Below, piece after piece: positions 1-63,751 of a stretch of DNA of 64,000 nucleotides. Made by a program: the position numbers and the translations under genes. The notes under the pieces are model-generated. The model did no database searches, was not told the DNA's origin, and was given only the letters and a program-made list of their open reading frames with translations. This DNA is from the human T2T-CHM13v2.0 reference genome, Homo sapiens. Positions within the stretch are counted from its first letter, which is position 1, and every line of letters starts with the position of its first letter. The stretch lies in assembly GCF_009914755.1 (NCBI RefSeq), contig NC_060940.1. One strand, written 5' to 3'.

Positions 1-378
1 TGCACTCCAGCCTGGGCGACAGAGCAAGACTCCATCTCAAATAATAATAATAATAATAATAAGACAACAAAACATTTGCTGGCCAGGTGATGAAAGGTGA
101 ATTCTGCTTTCATCACAGTTACTGTCAAGCATTCAACCACAATTTATTGAGACTTCCATGCAGAACTTTGTGGAAAGCAAAGCACTGGGGAGAGATTCCA
201 TGAACATCATTCATTTAAACACCCATTTGTTATTTTATTTTATTTATTTTATTTTATTTTATTTTTTTGAGACGGAGTCTTGCTCTTGTCACCCAGACTG
301 GAGTGTAGTGGCGTGATCTCAGCTCACTGCAACCTCCGTCTCCTGGGTTCAAGTGATTCTGCCGCCTCCTCCTCCTGA

Positions 379-1164
<786 letters not shown>

Positions 1165-1337
1165 TAGACTTTTATTATATTTTTTGAGACAGGGTCTCAC
1201 TGTGTCTCCCAGGCTGGTGTGCAGTGGTACAAGCACAGCTCACTGAAGCCTCCCAGCTCAAGCAATCCTCTCACCTCAGCCTCCCGGGTAGCTGGAACGT
1301 GCCACCACACCTGGTTAATTTTTCTATTTTTTGGTAG

Positions 1338-1454
<117 letters not shown>

Positions 1455-2048
1455 TAAACACCCATTTATTGTGCACTTTCTCTGCACCAGGCCCTGATCT
1501 GAGCCCCATGCACAGATGTGAACAAGACCTTACTCTCCAGGGACCAGGGGAAAGAAGTGCTACTTCTGTGCTCTGGAGAACCGAGTTCTCCAATCAGAAA
1601 AGATGAGAATGGAGGCCAGGTGCAGTGGTGACTAACGCCTGTACTCACACTTTGGGAGGCCGAGGCAGGAGGATCACCTGAGGTTAGGAGTTCGAGAGCA
1701 GTCTGGCCAACATGGTGAAAACCTATCTCTACTAAAAATACAAAAATTAGCCAGGTGTGGTGCCGTGTGCCTGTAATCCCAGCTACTTGGGAGGCTGAGG
1801 CAGAAGAATTGCTTGAACCTGGGAGGTAGAGGTTGCAGTGAGCTGAGATTCCCGCCACTGCACTCCAGCCTGGGGGACAGAGAGAGACTGTCTCAAAAAA
1901 AAAAAAAAGTTTTTTAAATTTAAAAAGGCAGCCGGGCGCAGTGGCTCACGCCTGTAATCCCAGCACTTTGGGAGGCCAAGGCGGGCAGATCATGAGGTCA
2001 GGAGATCGAGAACCTCCTGGCTAACACAGTGAAACCCCATCTCTACTA

Positions 2049-2240
<192 letters not shown>

Positions 2241-2297
2241 TCACAGTGGCTCACGCCTGTAATCCCAGCACTTTGGAAGGCCAAGGTGGGTGGATCA

Positions 2298-3384
<1,087 letters not shown>

Positions 3385-3859
3385 TAGCAGCCTTGACCTC
3401 CTAGGCTCAAGCAAGCCCCCTGCCTCAGTCCCCCAAGCAGCTGGAACTACAGATATGTGCCACCATGTCCGGCTAATTTTTTTTTTTTTTGAGGTGGAGT
3501 CTCGCTCTGTTGCACAGGCTGTAGTACAGTGGTGTGATCTTGGCTCACTGCAACTTCTGCCTCCCAGAGGCAGAGGATTACTCACACCTGTAATCCCAGT
3601 TTAGGGAGGCTGAAGCGGGCAGACAGCTTGAGGCCAGGAGTTTGACACCATCCTGGCCAACATGGTGAAAGCCTGTCTCTGCTAAATAAAAAAATTAGCC
3701 AGGCATGGTGGCACATGCCTGTGGTCCCAGCTACTCAGGAGGCTGAGGCACAAGAATCGCTCGAACCCAGGAGGCGTAGTTTTCAGTGAGCTGAGATCTC
3801 ACCACTGCACTCCAGCCTGGGCGACAAGAGACTTCGTCTCAAAAAAAAAAAAAAAAAAG

Positions 3860-4890
<1,031 letters not shown>

Positions 4891-4970
4891 TGAACTCCTG
4901 ACCTCAGGTGATCTGCCTGCCTTGGCCTCCCAATGTGCTGGGATTACAGGTGTGAACCACCACACCCGGA

Positions 4971-9586
<4,616 letters not shown>

Positions 9587-9765
9587 TGAGTAGCTGAGAC
9601 TACAGGCACGCACCACCACACCCAGCTAATTTTTGTACTTTTAGTAGAGATGGGGTTTCACCATGTTGGCCAGAATGGTCTCGATCTCTTGACCTTGTGA
9701 TCTGCCCGCCTCAGCCTCCCAAAGTGCTGGGATTACAGGTGAGAGCCACCGTGCCCGGCCATATA

Positions 9766-9799
<34 letters not shown>

Positions 9800-10194
9800 G
9801 AAACAGAGTCTCACTTGTTAACCCAGGCTGGAGTGCAGTGGCGCAATCTTGGCTCACTGCAACCTCCACCTCCCAGATTCAAGCAATTTTGTATTTTCAG
9901 TAGAGATGGAGTTTCACCGTGTTGCCCAGGCTGGTGTCAAACTCCTGACCTCAAGTGATCCACCCGCCTCAGCCTCCCAAAGTGCTGGGGTTACATGCGT
10001 GAGCCAGTGCAGATATGTTTTGGTCCCCAGCAGGATATGTTTTGGTCCAATTTATGGAGGAGGAGGAAGGAGGAGAGTGAGGAGGAGGCGGAGAAGGAGA
10101 GAGGTCCCAAGGAGGCCTCCCATCAAGTTCCGTTCCCAAGGCAATGCTTCCCTGCTGATGCTCAGCAAGCAGTGAAAGAATGCAGCACGCCCAG

Positions 10195-10850
<656 letters not shown>

Positions 10851-11089
10851 TGGGAGACCAGGCTCGGTGGCTCAGGTCTGTAATCCGAGCACTTTGGGAG
10901 GCCGAGGTGGGAGGATGGCTTGAGCCAAGGAGTTTGAGACCAGCCTTGGCAACATAGAGAGACCCCACCTTTACAAAAAATTAGCAGGGTGTGGTGGAAC
11001 TTGCTATAGCACCAGCTACTCAGGAGGCTGAGGTGGGAGGATTGCTTGAGCCTGCGGGGGTGAGACTGCAGTGACCTGTGATCGAGCTA

Positions 11090-11792
<703 letters not shown>

Positions 11793-12367
11793 TGAGATGG
11801 AGTTTTGCTCTTGTTGCCCCATTGGCGCAATCTCGGCTCACCACAACCTCCGCCTCCCAGGTTCAAGCGATTCTCCTGCCTCAGCCCCCCGAGTAGCTGG
11901 GATTACAGGCATGAGCCACCATGCCCGGCTAATTTTGTATTTTTAGTAGAGATGGGGTTTCTCCATGTTGGTCAGGCTGGTCTCTAACTCCCAACCTCAG
12001 GTGATCCGCCCGCCTTGGCCTCCCAAAGTGCTGGGATTACAAGCATGAGCCACCGCTCCTGGCTCTAATTTTTGTATTTTTAGTAGAGATGATGTTTTGC
12101 CATATTGGCCAGGCTGGTCTCGAACTCCTGACCTCAGGTGATTCTCCCACCTCTGCCTCCCAAAGTGCTGGGATTACAGGCATGAGCTACTTTGCTTGGC
12201 CTCCCTGAGCCTTTTAAAATAGAATCAAAGGCTCTATTTCTCCAACCCTCCTTGGTCCACAAGATGAGAGTTCTTGGGAATAACCACTCCCAAGCTTTTA
12301 GGTTATTCTCACCATTGCCCTCAACTTCCTTGTAACCCCAACCTCTCCTAGAATTGCCTGCATATGA

Positions 12368-12694
<327 letters not shown>

Positions 12695-12863
12695 TGAGCC
12701 ACGGTGCCTGGCCAGGAAGTGTCTATTAATAATTGATAGTCCATCTGGCTGGGAGCAGTAGCTCACGCCTGTAATCCCAGCACTTTGGGAGGCCGAGGCG
12801 GGTGAATCACCTGAGGTCGGGAGTTTGAGACTAGCCTAACATGGAGAAACCCCGTCTCTACTA

Positions 12864-13025
<162 letters not shown>

Positions 13026-13068
13026 TCAAAAAACAAAATAAATAAATAAAATAAAATAAAACACATTA

Positions 13069-13383
<315 letters not shown>

Positions 13384-13542
13384 TCACACCTGTAATCCCA
13401 GGACTTTGGGAGGCCGAGGTGGGTGGATCACAAGGTCAGGAGATCGAGACCATCCTGGCTAACACGGTGAAACCCCATCCCTACTAAAAATACAAAAAAT
13501 TAGCCAGGCATGGTGGCAGGTGCCTGTAGTCCAAGGTACTCA

Positions 13543-13647
<105 letters not shown>

Positions 13648-13648
13648 C

Positions 13649-13694
<46 letters not shown>
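13649..13694 (+). repeat. (TAA)n microsatellite derived from an Alu tail
   Basis: About 15 consecutive TAA units. Confidence 0.9.
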
Positions 13695-13696
<2 letters not shown>

Positions 13697-14185
13697 GGAG
13701 AGGATAAAATCTGTAAGTGGTAGGCAGCCGCCAGGCTAATGAAAACAGATATTTTTTTTCATTTTTTTAAATTCTAATTTTCACTTAAAAAGTAGAATTT
13801 TGGCCAGGCGCAGTGGCTCACGCCTGTAATCCCAGCACTTTGGGAGGCCAAGGTGGGAAGATTACTTGAGGTCAGGAGTTGGAGACCAGCCTGGCCAAAA
13901 TGGTGAAACCCTGTCTCTACTAAAAATACAGAAATTAGCCAAGTGTGGTGGCACGCACCTGTAATCTCAGCTATTTGGGAGGCTGAGGCAGGAGAATCAC
14001 CTGACCCTTCTAGGAGATGGAGGTTGCAATGAGCCGAGATCTTGGCAATGAGCCGAGATGGTGCCACTGCACTCCAGCCTGGGTGACAGAGCGAGACTGT
14101 ATCTCAAAAAAAAAAAAAAAAAAAAAAGAATTTCATCATTGGTAGCACTGTCAGTTGTTTTTCTTGATGTGACCGACTCAGTTCA

Positions 14186-14587
<402 letters not shown>

Positions 14588-14681
14588 CTAAACACTTTAT
14601 CCATTCTTCTCATTTTGACACGCAGAATATTAAGAAGAAATATATTCAACGGTTGAGATTTAATAAAATTGATCATTTTTA

Positions 14682-14825
<144 letters not shown>

Positions 14826-15113
14826 TCATCTTTACAAAAAATAAATAAATAAATAAACATTAGCCGGGCATGGTGGTACACACCTGTAGTCCCAGCTACT
14901 TGGGAGGCTGAGGTGGGAGGGTTACTTGAGCCTGGGAGTTCGAGGCTTCAATGAGCCCAGATTGTCACTGCACTCCAGCCTAGGCGACAGAGCAAGAACG
15001 TCTCTCAAAATAATAATAGAAAGAAAGAAAGAGAAAGCAAGCAAGCAAGAAGGAAAGAGAAACAAAACTTGCCTTTCCTTTTTTTTTTTTTTTTTTTTAC
15101 CATGAGCACATAC

Positions 15114-16051
<938 letters not shown>

Positions 16052-16380
16052 GCATTATTACAAGAGGGGTGCCTGGAGATAGATCCACAAGGATAGCATT
16101 TGGGGACTGGTTTGTCCATGCCCTTGGGTTTGAGCTTTGTCTGAGCTCCAAGGGAATGGGAACTGGACGTTGGTAATCTGTGATGTGCTGTGGCATCGAG
16201 TTAATCAGACTGTTGCCTACAGCTTGTCTTTATAAAGTACCAACTCCAGCGCATGCCCCGGGAGCCCAAGTGGCTGCTGTACTTGACTGTGATGTCAATA
16301 ACGATGACTGTAAGGGCTGTGGCGTGGGACGGATTCTTCTCAGTGCACTGCGTCACTTCCAGAAAGAAAACCACAGGCTT
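16052..16380 (+). mobile_element. ERVL internal remnant, leader/gag
   Basis: Translates to ..[25 protein letters not shown], resembling the ERVL gag N-terminal region; lies immediately 3' of the LTR. Confidence 0.6.
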
Positions 16381-16547
16381 GGCTAGGCATGGTGGCTCAC
16401 GCCTATAATCCCAGCACTTTGGGAGGTGAAGGTGGGTGGATCACAAGGTCAGGAGAGCGAGACCATCCTGGCCAACACGGTGAAACCCTACCTCTACTAA
16501 AAAATTAGCTGGGCGTGGTGGTGCACACCTGTAGTCCCAGCTACTCA

Positions 16548-16727
<180 letters not shown>

Positions 16728-17312
16728 TCAATGTACTGTTTCTAAAATGCATGTGGGCCGGGCTGGGCACGGTGGCTCACGCCTGTAATCCCAGCATTTT
16801 GGGAGGCCAAGGTGGGCAGATCACTTGAGGTCAGGGGTTCGAGACCAGCCTGGCCAATATGGTGAAACCCAGTCTCTACTAAAAAAACAAAAATTAGCTG
16901 GGCGTGGTGGCAGGCACCTGTAATCCCAGTTACTCAGGAGGCTGAGGTGGGAAAATCACTTGAACCGTGGAGGCAGAAGTTGCAGTGAGCTGAGATCATA
17001 CCACTGCACTCCAGCTGGGGCAACACAGCGAGACTTCATCTTGGGGGAAAAAAGGCACTTAATAGAATGAAAAGATAAGCCATAAATTGGGAGAGAGTCT
17101 TTGCGATAATAAGAGTAACAAAAACAATAATAATATCTGGGTCAGGCGGAGTGGCTCATGCCTGTAATCCCAGCACTTTGGGAGGCTGAGGCAGGCAGGT
17201 CACTGGAGCCCAGGAGTTCAAGACCAGCCCGGCCAACATGGTGAAACTCTGCCTCTACTAAAAATACAAAAAATTAGCCAGTCCTGGTGGCAGGCGCCTG
17301 TAATTCCAGCTA

Positions 17313-17417
<105 letters not shown>

Positions 17418-17610
17418 TCAAAAAAAAATAAATAGGCTGGGCGCGGTGGCTCACACCTGTAATCCCAGCACTTTGGGAGGCCGAGGTGGGCAGATCACGA
17501 GGTCATGAGATCGAGACCATCCTGGCTAACACGGTGAAACGCTGTCTCTACTAAAAATACAAAAAAATTAGCTGGGTGTGGTGGCGGGTGCCTGTAGTCC
17601 CAGCTACTCA

Positions 17611-20762
<3,152 letters not shown>

Positions 20763-20786
20763 CTCTAGAAAATGCAAATCAGGTCA

Positions 20787-21114
<328 letters not shown>

Positions 21115-21357
21115 TCAGTGGTTTCTTGGGTATGAGGGGTCAGAGAGAGGCAGGTGGGAGAGATTACAGTCACAAGGAGACTTCTGCGTGATGCATACCT
21201 TCGCTATCATGATTGTGGTAATGACTTCACGGCTATAGATATAAAATATATGTCAAAACATCAAATTCTGGCTGGACACAGTGGCTTATGCCTGTAATCC
21301 CAGCCCTTTGGGAGGCTGTGGCAGGAAGATTTGCTTGAGGCCAGGTGTTTGAGACTA

Positions 21358-23240
<1,883 letters not shown>

Positions 23241-23331
23241 GCAATGATGTATTAAAGACTCAGTTAAGGCAAGATGTGGTGGCTTACACCTGTAATCCCA
23301 GCACTTTGGGAGGCCAAATCACTTGAGGTCA

Positions 23332-23532
<201 letters not shown>

Positions 23533-23823
23533 CTATCTCAAAAAAATAAAGACTCAGTTAAGGCACCACTTGAGAGACCACACCCCAGAAAGAATGGTTT
23601 GGGTTTTTTACCCCGCACAGAGGCTGGGATTCTTTTTTATAGCATGCACACTACTATCTTTTTTTTTTTTTTTGAGACAGAGTCTCACTCCTGTTGCCCA
23701 GTCTAGAGCGCAATGGGGTGATCTCAGCCCACTGCAACCTCCACCTCCTTGGTTCAAGAGATACTGCTGCCTCAGCCTCCTGAGTAGCTAGGATTACAGG
23801 CATGCGCCACCACGCCTGGCTAA

Positions 23824-28245
<4,422 letters not shown>

Positions 28246-28257
28246 TAACTCCCTGAA

Positions 28258-29735
<1,478 letters not shown>

Positions 29736-29912
29736 CTACTAGCTATATGCTATTTCAAGATGTATATAAATATCATTATTATACAGAAATATTGAAAAGC
29801 AATTAATAAAAAAATACATCAGGCCAAAACCAACTAAAATGAAGTTGGAAAGCTATATTAGTATCAGAAAAAATAGACTCACAAAAAGTATTACTGCAGA
29901 TAAAGAGTGTCA

Positions 29913-30167
<255 letters not shown>

Positions 30168-30278
30168 TTAACAGGGATGTATAACAAAAACTACTCTGTA
30201 CCTAATAATAAAAATTTAAAACATATGATGTAAATATTGAAAAAAATGTTGATACAAGCTTTATTTATAATATGGCTA

Positions 30279-30374
<96 letters not shown>

Positions 30375-30644
30375 CTACTAAACATGGTGAAACCCCATCT
30401 CTACTAAAAATACAAAAATTAGCCAGGTGTGATGATGCACGCCTGTAATCTAAGCTAATTGGGAGGCTGAGGCACGAGAACCTCTTGAACCTGGGAGGCG
30501 GAGGTTGCAGTGAGCCAAGATCATGCCACTGCACTTCATCATGGAGGACACAATGAGACTCCATCAAAAAAAAAAAAAATCTACAGGAGAATGAATACAT
30601 TGTGGTATCGATCGTCATTCAATTGAAAACCATTCAGGAATTTA

Positions 30645-30971
<327 letters not shown>

Positions 30972-31084
30972 CTACCATACTGGTGCACTTAACACGGATG
31001 AATCTCATAATAAGTATTATGGTCAACAATAGAAGCCAGGTACAAAAAAGGATATGCCTTATGATTCTATTTATATGAAGCTCA

Positions 31085-31216
<132 letters not shown>

Positions 31217-31585
31217 CTACAAAAAACAAAAACCCCACAAAAAACATTAGCTGAACTCGGTGGTGTACACCTGTGGTCCCGGCTACTTGGGAGGCTGAGA
31301 CAGGAGGATCCCTTAAACCCAGGAGTTCAAGGCTGCTGCAGTGAGCTGGGATCTTGCAATTGCACACCAGCCTGGGCAAGAGAGTGAGATCTTGTCTCTA
31401 GTAAAAAAAAATCAAAAAACAGGCAAAACTAATAGATGATGATAGACACCAAACCAGTGATTGATTAGTGCAGCTGATTCATTTAGCTATATGTATGTTG
31501 TCTTTTAATAATTACAATAATAGGCAGAGTGTGGTGGCTTATGCCTGTAATCCCAGCATCCTGGGAGGCCAAGGCAGGCAGATCA

Positions 31586-31771
<186 letters not shown>

Positions 31772-31948
31772 TCACACCTGGGCGACACAGCAAGGCTCTG
31801 TTTCCAAACGAAAAATTTATAATAATAATAGAAACATATCATTGAACATGTACTATGTGAAATGCACTGAGGGGATACTAAGACATTCCTGTCTTCAAGG
31901 TACTTGAGGTCTATTTGAGAAAATTAAACACAAAGCAAAATACAATAA

Positions 31949-32236
<288 letters not shown>

Positions 32237-32274
32237 TGATCCTCCCACCTCGGCCTCCCAAAGTGCTGGGATTA

Positions 32275-32472
<198 letters not shown>

Positions 32473-32475
32473 TTA

Positions 32476-32842
<367 letters not shown>

Positions 32843-33742
32843 TCACTGCACTCCAGCCTGGGTGAAAGAGCAAGACCCTGTCTCAAAATAAATACATAAA
32901 TAACAGTCCAACGTGGTGGCGTGCACCTGTAGTCCCAACTTGGGAGGCTGATATGGGAGGATCACTTGAGCTCAGGAGTTTGATGCTGCAGTGACCTATG
33001 ATCACACCACTGCACTCCAGTCTGGGTGACAGAGTGACACCCTCTCTCAAATAGTAATAATAATAATTTTTAAGATTAAAAAAAGAAAGAAAAGGAAAAA
33101 ATAAAAGAAAAAGGGGGGATATCAGTGGCTGGAGTTGCGTGAGTGAGGGGGAGTGTGGTACCCAGCATTTTGTCCCACAGAGGGGTTCCCATGGCACTCC
33201 CTCCCCTTTTCCCACGCTCTGTCCTCTCCTTCCGTTCAGTTCATTCCCCTTCTGCAATAAAATAATATACTTGGAAGCGTCTTCTGTGACCTGCGAGTTA
33301 GAGGACCTGGTTTCAGAATCTCATGCTGTCACAACAGAGCCCTCCCCCGCACTGCAGAGTCCTGCTTTTCTCATTTGTAAAATGAGGTTAGTAATAGCTG
33401 CTTTTCCTGCCCACCTATAAGTTTTCATGAGTTTCAAGCACCTCTATGCATTTGAAATTGTTATTCAAATGCCAGTTATGATTATCATCTTCCTGCTTGC
33501 TGGCTGTGTTATTACAGGCACATGAAGAGAGTCAATCTGCTGTGAGAAATACGTACGCCCACATGAACTGGAGACACCAGACTGATCAAAGCTCTTTCAG
33601 GGTGTCGTTCCCACTCTGGGACCATTAAGGACCCCATCAGAATCTGGGTATTAACAAAATTCACCTATTAAATACACCCATGTTACGTTTGTCTCCAGTC
33701 ACAGAGCCTACTACACTCATAAAGGAAGAAATTATTAGGTAA

Positions 33743-34002
<260 letters not shown>

Positions 34003-34523
34003 TGATCCACCCGCCTCGGCCTCCCAAAGTGCTGGGATTACAGGTGTGAGTCACCATGCCCGACCTAGGATTTCTTTAAGTCAGCTGCCTTCATTCCCAT
34101 TTTTCCTATTTACAAGATGAAGTTGAGGCCAAGCACAGTGGCTTAGTCTTGTAATCTCAGAGCTTTGGGAGGCCAATGCTAGAGAATTGCTTAAGGCCAG
34201 GAGTTCAAGATCAGCCTGGGCAATATAGTGAGACTCCATCTCTACAAAAAGTAAAAATATTAATTGGGTGTAGTGGTGTGTGCCTGTTGTCTCAGCTACT
34301 CAGGAGGCTGAAGTGGGAGGATCGCTTGAGGCCAGGAGTTTGAGGCTGCAGTGAGCCGTAATCACACCACTGCACTTCAGCCTGGGCAGCAGAAATTGCA
34401 AAAAAAGAAAAAAGAAAAAAGAAAAAAAAGGCCGGGCGCGGTGGCTCACACCTGTAATCCCAGCACTTTGGGAGGCTGAGGTGGGCGGATCACAAGGTCA
34501 GGAGATCAAGACCATCCTGGCTA

Positions 34524-34739
<216 letters not shown>

Positions 34740-34861
34740 TCACTCAAAAATTGTTGGAGTCTGGCTCTAAAACAACACATCTCTCAACAGTTTAGATAGC
34801 TGTGGAATAATGTTTGGGTTGGAATGCAAACTATCGATTTGACCTTAGACAGGTCACTTGA

Positions 34862-35359
<498 letters not shown>

Positions 35360-35792
35360 TGAGATCTCATCTCTACTAAAAGTACAAAAATTAGGTGTGG
35401 TGGCAGGCACCTGTGATCCCAGCTACTCAGGAGGCTGAGGCAGAAGTATCGCTTGAACCTAGGAGGCGGAGGTTGCAGTGAGCCAAGATTATGTCCAGCC
35501 TAGGCGACAGAGCAAGACTCTGTCTCAAAAACCAAACAAAAAAAAAAGAGAATGAGACAGAGCCATATGCACTGATACAAAATGAGCTGCAAGATATATG
35601 ATGAATAATGAAATAAGATGCAGGAAACAATGGTAGAGACAGATATGTTCCAGGTAGACGCACACACACACACACACATACCCTGATCTATATAATTCAT
35701 ATACATATATTGAATATATATATATACACACACACATATATATATACATACACACATACAATACATCTATCTATATCCTTTCTGTCTCTATC

Positions 35793-36065
35793 TAGTCATT
35801 TCTTGGTATCCTCAGGGGATTGGTTCTAGGATTCCTGGGAGATACCAAAACCTGTACATACTCAAGTCCCGCAGTTGCCCCTGTGGAACCTGTAGTTACA
35901 AAATTTGGGCCCTTGGTATACATGGGTTTCAAATCCAGTGAATACTGTTATTTTTGATTGACATTTCGTTCCAGATGTGGAACCCACCTGTATGGAGAAT
36001 TGACTGTATTTATTGAATAAAATCCACATATACGTAGACCTACACATTCTTCAAGAGTCAACTCT
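35793..36065 (+). mobile_element. MER2-family (Tigger) DNA transposon fossil inside a TA/CA microsatellite region
   Basis: GGTATCC..GGGGATTGGTTCTAGGA..ATACCAAAA..CTCAAGTCCC, as in MER2 5' ends. Confidence 0.65.
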
Positions 36066-36294
36066 GTGTGTGTGTGTGTGTGTGTGTCTACACAAAGAGA
36101 GATACGGAGAGAGAGGGCACAAAGTGACATCTGGAAGATAACGCTATAAACTGACAATTGTGTTTGCTTCTAGAGAGAAAAGCTGATGAACATGAGGTCA
36201 GGGCAGGAAGGAAACATTTTTTCCTGTATATTTTTTCTTCCTGTGTATTCTGTTGTACCATTTTCATTTTGTAAAAATGTACACATATTATTTA

Positions 36295-36889
<595 letters not shown>

Positions 36890-37244
36890 TGATCTGCCCA
36901 CCTCTGCCTCCCAAAGTGTTGGGATTACAGGCATGAACCACCATGCCCAGCCTCATATTAAGTTTTGACGGTGCTGGGTGGGTTGTGAGTACATAGATGT
37001 CCATTGGAATAGTCTTTATTCTTGTCTGTTGAAATATTTCACAATAAAAAACAAAACGGCCAGGTGTGGTAGCTCATGCCTATAATCCCAGCACTTTGGA
37101 AGAGCATGCTCTTCCCTTCCCAGCACTTCCCTGTCCCGCTCCCATATCAAAACCACCTTGAAAAATGTAACACAGTCCCTTGCACTAAAACCTCTGCCGA
37201 TGGCGGCTCCAAACCACAGGCCTATAAAGACCTGCAAGATCTAG

Positions 37245-37409
<165 letters not shown>

Positions 37410-37502
37410 TGACACTGTGCCAGGCTAATTTTCGTATTTTTTAGTAGACACGGGGTTTTGCCATATTGGCCAGGCTGGTCTCGAACTCCTGACCTCAGGT
37501 GA

Positions 37503-37747
<245 letters not shown>

Positions 37748-38123
37748 TAGTAGAGATGGGGTTTCTCCATATTGGTCAGGCTGGTCTCGAACTCCCGACC
37801 TCGGGTAATCCGCCTGCCTCGGTCTCCCAAAGTGCTAGGATTACAGGCGTGAGTGAGCCACCGCACCCGGCAGGATTATCTACTTCTATACTATTAATGC
37901 CTATTAATGCTGTAATTACACGCGTGAGCCACTGCGCCCCGCCGATCTTCGTGTTTTAAATCCCGACACCAACGCGCGGTAGGATTCGCGACGCCTGCAG
38001 CCAAGGTCTCAGCGCCCGGTTCCCTCAGGCTTGTCCCCGCCCCCTTATGGCGCGAAGGCCACTGGGAGTTGTAGTCTCCCAGTGTAGTTAGTCGGCGCTT
38101 CCCGGAAGTGACGCGAGGACCCG

Positions 38124-38182
38124 CCTTCTCTCTCGGCGTTTCCGCTGTCAGGGCCCTGCGGTGTGACTCGCGGGCTCAGCTG
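38124..38182 (+). other. EIF3C: EIF3C non-coding exon 1 (5'UTR), starting in a pyrimidine tract
   Basis: CCTTCTCTCTC at 38124-38134 lies just downstream of the promoter motifs. Donor CTG|GTTGGT at 38183; the next acceptor CCCCGCAG| ends at 38320. TSS position is approximate. Confidence 0.7.
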
Positions 38183-38350
38183 GTTGGTATTTTTTGGGCC
38201 TCGTGCTTCGTGGTGGGAGACCCAGGTCGAGGTCCGGGTGGGGCCGGTGAGGGGTTGGGCGTCGGGAGGTGTTGGCTCGGGCCTCTTCGCGTGGCCGGTG
38301 ACGCCTTGGCTCCCCCGCAGGTCCGGCCGTAGCACCTCCGCGCCGTCGCC

Positions 38351-62094
<23,744 letters not shown>

Positions 62095-62156
62095 GCTCTC
62101 CACTCTGTTTCCCGCCTGGGCCATCCAACCTTGAAGTCCTAAACCACACCTCAGTC

Positions 62157-62174
62157 ACTAAAGGTCTGTTTAAA
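62157..62174 (+). terminator. Probable non-canonical polyadenylation signal(s) of EIF3C
   Basis: ACTAAA at 62157-62162 and TTTAAA at 62169-62174, followed by GU/U-rich sequence; no AATAAA or ATTAAA seen downstream of the stop. Confidence 0.5.
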
Positions 62175-62397
62175 GTTGTTCTGGTTGATTGCTTGTTGCC
62201 ACAAAGGTGTGTTGAGCCCATTCATTTGCTGATTATACTTCTGAGCTGCTACCACATGACAGACACAAGGCTCAGATGAAGAGGTGAATTGAACACGTTC
62301 CTGACCTCAAAGAGCCTGCTGCTTTTTGACATTTAACAGAAAATTATAGTAACATAAGTTATAATGGGTGTTTTAAAAGGCCAGTCGCAGTGGCTCA

Positions 62398-62811
<414 letters not shown>

Positions 62812-62898
62812 TCATAACAAGACAGGTGCCATCAGTAAGAGGGTGCATTGAGAGACTGGGCCTTTGCTCTGATATCTAAGCATGTGGTTATTTTCTGA

Positions 62899-63180
<282 letters not shown>

Positions 63181-63720
63181 TGATCCACCCGCCTCCACCT
63201 CCCAAAGTGCTGGGATTACAGGCGTGAGCCACCGCGCCCAGCCTTATTGTGTTTTACATAAGTATGGGTCCACAGTAGATTGGTTTTTTTTTTTTAAGAC
63301 ATGGGATCTTGCTGTGTTGCCCAGGCTGGTCTTGAACTCCTGGACTCAAGCAATCCTCCCACCTCAGCCTTCTAAGTAACTGGGACTACAGGTATGCATC
63401 ACCATGCCTGGTCTAGATTGGAAATTTTTTTTAAATGATCCTTTACCACATTTGAGAAGCACTGATGTAGGCAGAGGGAAAAAGTGCAAGCTCAAAGGGT
63501 TGGAGAAGTGAGATAGTGGCATGATTAGTGTAACGCAGGTGTGGAGCATGTGCAGGAGATGCACTGAAGACTTACCCGGGCCGTCTCTTAAAACTTTCAA
63601 TGCTCTGGGTTTTTATAAACAAATTCACAGCTGGGGCTGGGCGCAGTGGCTCACACCTGAAATCCGAGCACTGTGGGAGGCCGAGGCAGGACGATCACTT
63701 GAGGCCAGTAGCAGGGCACA

Positions 63721-63724
<4 letters not shown>

Positions 63725-63751
<27 letters not shown>

